This document shows, piece by piece, positions 36,001-41,367 of a stretch of DNA of 41,367 nt (its first letter is position 1; the number at the start of each line of letters is the position of its first letter). This DNA comes from Octopus bimaculoides. Taxonomy: Eukaryota. The stretch covers positions 130,961,178 to 131,002,544 of the forward strand of contig NC_068983.1 of assembly GCF_001194135.2 (NCBI RefSeq). Reading direction: 5' to 3'. Position numbers and translations under genes: made by a program. The notes beneath the pieces are model-generated. The model saw only the letters and a list, made by a program, of their open reading frames with translations, was not told the DNA's origin and did not search any database.

Positions 36001-36210
36001 ATCAACTCTTTTGAAACACTACTATTGTATCGCCGCTACAGTATCAACATTACTACATCAGCCACTACTATATGAACCCTACTATAGCAGGTTCTAGTTT
36101 AGCAAACATTACAGTATCAAAACTACTTTGTTAGCATTACTGTATCAGCAACTACCGCTTCAACAGTATCAGAATTTCTGTACAAACACTTCTGTGTCAG
36201 CACTGCTGTA
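33060..36210. repeat. ~3.1 kb degenerate satellite, ~14-bp unit CTGTATCAACACTA
   Basis: e.g. ctgtatcaacacgg|ctgtatcaatacga|ctgtatcaacacgg at ~33073; variants recur throughout the tract. Confidence 0.9.
35361..35504. mobile_element. 144-bp hAT-type MITE inserted in the satellite
   Basis: 8-bp TSD gcatacac/gtatacac (35353-35360, 35505-35512); ends CAGGCC... and ...gggccgcagtttgctcatgactg resemble Charlie-type ends. Confidence 0.65.
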
Positions 36211-36270
36211 ACATTGTCTTGGTATAAAAGGTGGGCAACAGCAAACATTCTGCTCAATACCACAGATTTT

Positions 36271-36821
36271 ATGCCTTGATGCAGTACCAGGCAGTGGCTC
36301 TCATGACTTCTGATCTGAACTGCCTGGAAATGCTATCATGTACATTGTTTTGTCTTGTTATAAAAGATGGGCTACAGCAAACATTCTGCTCAATACCACA
36401 GATTTGCTTGTCTATTGCTTGACCTTAATCAGTTGAGCATGTCCCTTGGTGGCTGATATGTGCATTTCTGACCATGCGCAGTAGTGGAGGAACATCATAG
36501 CCATGAGTTGAAAAGAATTCTTTAGAGTTTCAGTAACTAACCTCTGGAAATATGGGCGTTTTGTTCATCCTTAAACAAACCTCATTCAGGGACTTTTTGA
36601 GCGGGGGTGGTGGTTATTCAACCTGAAAAAGTTCTAACTGGGCCCCACCTGCAAGGTCATGCGCTGTTTATGTTGATATGAGATCAACATGTCCGGCACA
36701 TATGGTTGTGATGCATGTGCCTTATCAGGCGGATATTCATGATGGGCATATTTTGCTTCGTACATTTGTACCTCATTTGTACCTCATTGTCACTTTGATG
36801 GCATGTATTGCTCTCTCACTC
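36271..36821 (+). mobile_element. ~550-bp non-coding interspersed repeat ending in an (AAT)n tail
   Basis: Second copy at 12831-13301; the 5'-end fragment also abuts (ATT)n at 18125-18147. Confidence 0.85.
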
Positions 36822-36873
36822 AATAATAATAATTATTATTATAATAATAATAATTATTATTATTATTATTATA

Positions 36874-36909
<36 letters not shown>

Positions 36910-36926
36910 ATTATTATTATTATTAA

Positions 36927-36975
<49 letters not shown>

Positions 36976-36993
36976 ATTATTATTATTATTATT
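36822..36993. repeat. (AAT)n/(ATT)n microsatellite with strand switches
   Basis: Visible. Confidence 0.97.
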
Positions 36994-37280
36994 ATGCACT
37001 TTGTCCACCACCACTAGGTCCGGTCTGTTATGCTGTAGCGCCTGATCTGTTTGGATTGGGAAACCCCAGAGGATTTCGCTAGTCACCGATTCGGCACTCT
37101 CTGCGGTTTGTGCTCATAACATGTCTTGCCTCTCTCTCTAGACCCCACTTGTCATACAGTCTCCAATGTAGCATTTTTGCTACCTGATCGTGTCGCCAGA
37201 GCTTGTAGTGATTTTGAGCAAGTCTAGGGCATTCGTTCGTGATATGGGCAATGGTTTCATCCACTCAATTGCAGACGTGG
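36994..37280 (-). mobile_element. R4/Dong LINE fragment, inverted arm
   Basis: DETIAHITNECPRLAQNHYKLWRHDQVAKMLHW...PIQTDQALQHNRPDLVVVDKVH. Confidence 0.92.
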
Positions 37281-38023
37281 AAGACCGAGGGCAGTATACT
37301 GGCAGCGCAAAACCAAGCTTTGACCACGAAATGGAGGGTCAACCTTAACAGTGAGCAAGTGTCTCCGCTGTGCCACATCTGCAATAGAGTGGATGAAACC
37401 ATTTCCCATATCACGAACGAATGCCCTAGACTTGCCAAAAACCAAAACCAACTGTGATGAAGCGATCAGATAGTAAAAATGCTACATTGGTAACTGTGCG
37501 AAAAGTGGGGGGCAGAGAGAAGCAAGACGTGGTATGAGAACAAACTGCAGAGAGTCGGAGACTTGCAAAATCCTCTACGATTTCCCAATCCAAACAGATC
37601 AGGTGCTAGAGCATAACAGACCGGACCTAGTGGTGGTGGACAAGGTGCACGGCATATGTTGTGTAGTTAATGTCCGTTTGACCCAGGAATAGTCAAGAAG
37701 GAAGGCGAAAAGATAGATAAATAAAACCCTCTTAAGTACTAGATAACCCCTCTATGGAAAATGAAGAAGGTGATGATAGTGCCAATTATTTTGGGGTCCT
37801 TGGGAACAGTATCAGAAGGCATGAAGAAGAATATAAAGGAAATTGAAATAGAGTACCCAGTAGAACCGTTACAAAATGTTTGCTTCTTTGGCAGGTCAGA
37901 ATAATCAGGAAAGTATTAGTTAACTGAAAAGAACAGATAGCATGGTATTGTAGACTGTAGGTAGAAAGCCCGCTACGCATGCAAGACTCCAGGAGCTCAA
38001 CAAAACCTGTGATAAAGAGAATC
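37281..38023 (+). mobile_element. R4/Dong LINE 3' end with 3' UTR, followed by (AAT)n
   Basis: KTEGSILAAQNQAL, CHIC...HITNEC, HNRPDLVVVDKVH, VPIILGSLG, IIRKVL*. Confidence 0.92.
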
Positions 38024-38085
<62 letters not shown>

Positions 38086-38098
38086 TGATGATGATGAT
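38024..38098. repeat. (AAT)n(GAT)n microsatellite
   Basis: Visible. Confidence 0.97.
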
Positions 38099-38099
38099 G

Positions 38100-38790
38100 G
38101 CAAAAGAAAGAACTGATGATCAGGGATACGAAAACAAGAAATATATTGACAGTACACGGAGCTGTCCGGTGACACAGGTAGGCCGAACTTGTCCAGAAGA
38201 ACGGATTCTATTGAAACAGATGAAAACAGCTTAGGGTAGTATGTAAAAAATATCATGGAACCATTGCTGAAACATGTGAAGAAGTCTGGCATTATTAAAA
38301 CTGATAATTGTACTAAAAAAATTTAATGGGGAAAAGAACACAAAAAAAAGAAACAGCATGGAATGAGAAAATATGCTCGGTCATTTTGCAAGAGACAGGA
38401 ACGCCAAGACAGATACAGATGACTGGTGGATATGGATGAGCAGGAGTGACCTGAAGATAGAGATAGAAGGATATATTTGCGCAGCACAAGAACAAGCCTT
38501 AAGGACTAACTATGTGAAGTGCAGAATCCATAACACTACTGACAGTGACAAAGCCGAATGTGTGGTGAGAGAGGTGAAACGGTATGTTACATCGTTAGCG
38601 AGCGCCCGAATTTGGCATAACGCGAATACAAAAGACGACATGACAATGTGGCAAGAATGATCCATTGGGAGCCCTGTGGAAATCATGATCTACAAAGAGC
38701 AAAGACGTGGTATGAGGAAACCCTTAAAGGAGTCACTGAGAATGAAAATTCCGAAATCTTGTGAGCCTTTCCAACATACCCAGCTAAATA
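38100..38790 (+). mobile_element. R4/Dong LINE fragment (linker to zinc knuckle)
   Basis: WIWMSRSDLKIEIEGYICAAQEQALRTNYVKCRI (ORF 38373-38660), then HDNVARMIHWE and TWYEE. Confidence 0.9.
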
Positions 38791-39199
38791 AGCTGAGAAT
38801 TTTCATCAAACAACAACAACAGTAAAAATAATAATAATAGGACATGCCTGAAATCACATAATAATACAACGGTATGACAATCCATCAACTTTTGTGTATG
38901 ACTGATTTCAAGTCATAAGCTGCAAGCGATAAACAACTAGAAACACCACAGCAGACAGTACATAGCTTTGCCAGACGATTTTATATTGTAATATTCAGAT
39001 AATTAAAAATGTCCAAAAGCAACCTTGAAAAGAAGAAACTAATGAGTTGAATGATAAGATGCCATGCATATAAACATAAAGAGAGAGGGAGAGAAGGGGA
39101 GAGAAGGGGAGAGAGAGGGAGAGTGAAAGAAATAGAGAGAGATCTTTCTTAGTTCAAGGAAGCCAATAAATACAAAACAGAGAGTGAAATGATGAATAG

Positions 39200-40500
39200 T
39201 TATGAATGAAAATGAAAACCATAAGAAATAATGAAAAACTTAATTCTGAGCTAAAAATTGGGACTGCAAAATGCTATGATAATGTAGGGACACGAAAGGT
39301 CCGTACATGGAGAATATCTGAAAAACTGAAGCAGACAATAAAAAATTTGAGAAACAGATTGGAAAACACAGAAAACAAATCTGAAAATAAAAGGTTCATG
39401 ATTGCAGCATAGGCACATATCCTTCACATCGGAAACTATTAAACGGCTCATTGGGCAATTGTGACACTAGTACCTGTTCAGGCACTGTTTTTCCATATAG
39501 CACTGGCGGGGAGATGATCCACTGCTATCTCTAGCGGTCGAGCATCCAACATTAACAAAACAAAGGAAGGTCGAACTCGCATGATCTGGTGATCTCGGTG
39601 TTGGAGATGGCGGAGATTTATCTTCTTGCTAGCGATATGAACAAGAGTGCATTTTGAACCAAAATCCTTTATAAGAGTTTCTCTCATGGCATCTGCGACA
39701 GTATAGTTTGTTCTAATAAAACATCTACATTTAAGTGGGGATAGATATTACCTCTCAGTAACTATAGAATATATGGAAGTGATTAAGAAGCAATTAAATT
39801 TAAGACTTAAATATATTAGGAATTTTGCAAGCACAATGAAATGCCCATAGAAAATAGTGTAGGCATACACCAGAAACGATCTCCGAGGATAGCAAATCAC
39901 CTATACTATGAAATATGCCAGTCCACACAAGGAGATCAAGATTAACCGTTCAAACATTTCTGTCATAGTCACAAAGAAAAGGAAATGCCTCCTAATCGAA
40001 GTATCAGTCCCAAAAAATATTGTTTTTGTGAAAGAAACGGAGAAATCATTAATATATATTATCGTATAGGGATAGAAAAACCCGAACATGAAACCTGAAA
40101 GGAGAAGCAACTTATTAAGAGGTGCCATGGGAATGACCAAATACATGCAAACAAATACTTGTTGGTGTGTTCGTGCCTGCGGAGCTTGTCTCGAATAGGT
40201 AAGGCTTCTCTGTAGCACTGCAATGCCAAAGAGTGTAGCAAGTTATTCATGATTCCAGTTTGTAATCTGGAAGTTCTACAGAAAAGACTGCTCAGACTGT
40301 TCTGGTTGAAATCCAGTGTTACTCTCAGGGCCAATGGCGCTTTTCTCCTCAAATAGTTCTCCATAGAAATCTTGTAAATATACAAAAACACAAACGGGAA
40401 ATAGAACTACTTACTAGGCACCGCACTAGAACATTTTCAATATAGTAAATAAAAAGACTTACTCAAAATACTGCACATACGAAAGACATACAGAGCTGAG
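39200..40500 (+). mobile_element. Highly decayed, interrupted R4/Dong LINE 3' fragment
   Basis: KSENKRFMIAA, PVH..EIKINR, KCLLIEVSVP, KETEK and GAMGM remnants. Confidence 0.65.
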
Positions 40501-40544
40501 CTCTTTAGAGCTGTTCAAGAACGCAATAAAAACGATATTACTGA

Positions 40545-40595
40545 ATAATAATAATAATAACAACAACAACAAAGACGACGACGACGACGACGATG

Positions 40596-40627
<32 letters not shown>

Positions 40628-40632
40628 AACAA
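40545..40632. repeat. Compound (AAT)(AAC)(GAC)(GAT) microsatellite
   Basis: Visible. Confidence 0.9.
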
Positions 40633-41154
40633 TGTTGATATTTTCTTAATTATTTGTTTTTCTTATTAACTGTCAAGGGAAAGAAAAACAATCCATTCTC
40701 ATTTTATTATATTCCTTCCCTTACCGCCCCCACCTTTTCGTTCTTCTTTTCTAACCATTTCATTTTGTTTTTTTTTGTTTTTGTTTTTTTGTTTTCTCCG
40801 CAGTCATCACCATATTTGCTATTTCAACTTAATTTTATTTAATGTAACGCCTCTACTTCCTTGAGATTTATTAGCGATTCACTCTTTACCCTTCTCCACT
40901 CTAAACAATCCACTGAATATTCTGCGAACACTCAACACTTTAGTTTATCATTATTTACGAGTATTGTTAAGACATTTAGAGGGAGGATTCCCTTGTGAAG
41001 AAGTGCGAGAGTTAGCAGGAATGTTGTACAATGATATTACGAGTGTGTGCATGCTAGTGCCTGAATATGTAAATTTGTGTATGTAAGTGTAATGCGTGTA
41101 CGTCTACGCTTGTGAACCAGCTAATTTATTTACCTATCAAGAAATATTTTATAT

Positions 41155-41193
41155 CTTTACACACACATATACGCACAGGTACACAGACGCACT

Positions 41194-41230
<37 letters not shown>

Positions 41231-41328
41231 ACACCAATACATATATTAATATGATGCTTATATATGTATATATACTTATACATATATATCTATACATGCA
41301 TACATATATTGATTTTTATTTATTATAT

Positions 41329-41367
<39 letters not shown>
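41155..41367. repeat. (CA)n/(TA)n microsatellite region
   Basis: Visible. Confidence 0.95.

Noticed and set aside
33060-36210. CRISPR-like or mucin-like coding array
   Set aside because: There are no constant repeats with unique spacers, the context is eukaryotic, and the 14-bp period breaks reading frames with frequent stops.

Overview
AT-rich eukaryotic (metazoan) genomic DNA with five assembly gaps. It is dominated by CA/TA/AAT microsatellites and decayed transposons. The repeat repertoire looks like a coleoid cephalopod (Octopus-like) genome; this is an inference from pattern recognition, not a database result. No intact host gene could be recognised; two candidate minus-strand exons are flagged. 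Mobile elements recognised: many R4/Dong-clade non-LTR fragments (RT plus restriction-like endonuclease), one Penelope-like (GIY-YIG) remnant, two mariner remnants, two Charlie/SPIN-type hAT remnants, a hAT MITE, a Helentron-like insertion and about 15 tRNA-derived SINE copies. There is also a decayed 28S rRNA fragment and a ~3.1 kb degenerate 14-bp satellite. The most striking feature is a ~500-bp element at 31485-31981 flanked by a 13-bp target-site duplication. On the minus strand it reads tRNA-derived Pol III head, (AAT)n/(AAC)n, then a minimal hammerhead ribozyme, and it carries an inverted terminal duplication. This suggests a ribozyme-bearing SINE mobilised by Penelope-like elements. 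A second recurrent pattern is SINEs landing within ~35 bp upstream of the 5' end of older SINEs, giving head-to-head dyads and tandem chains.
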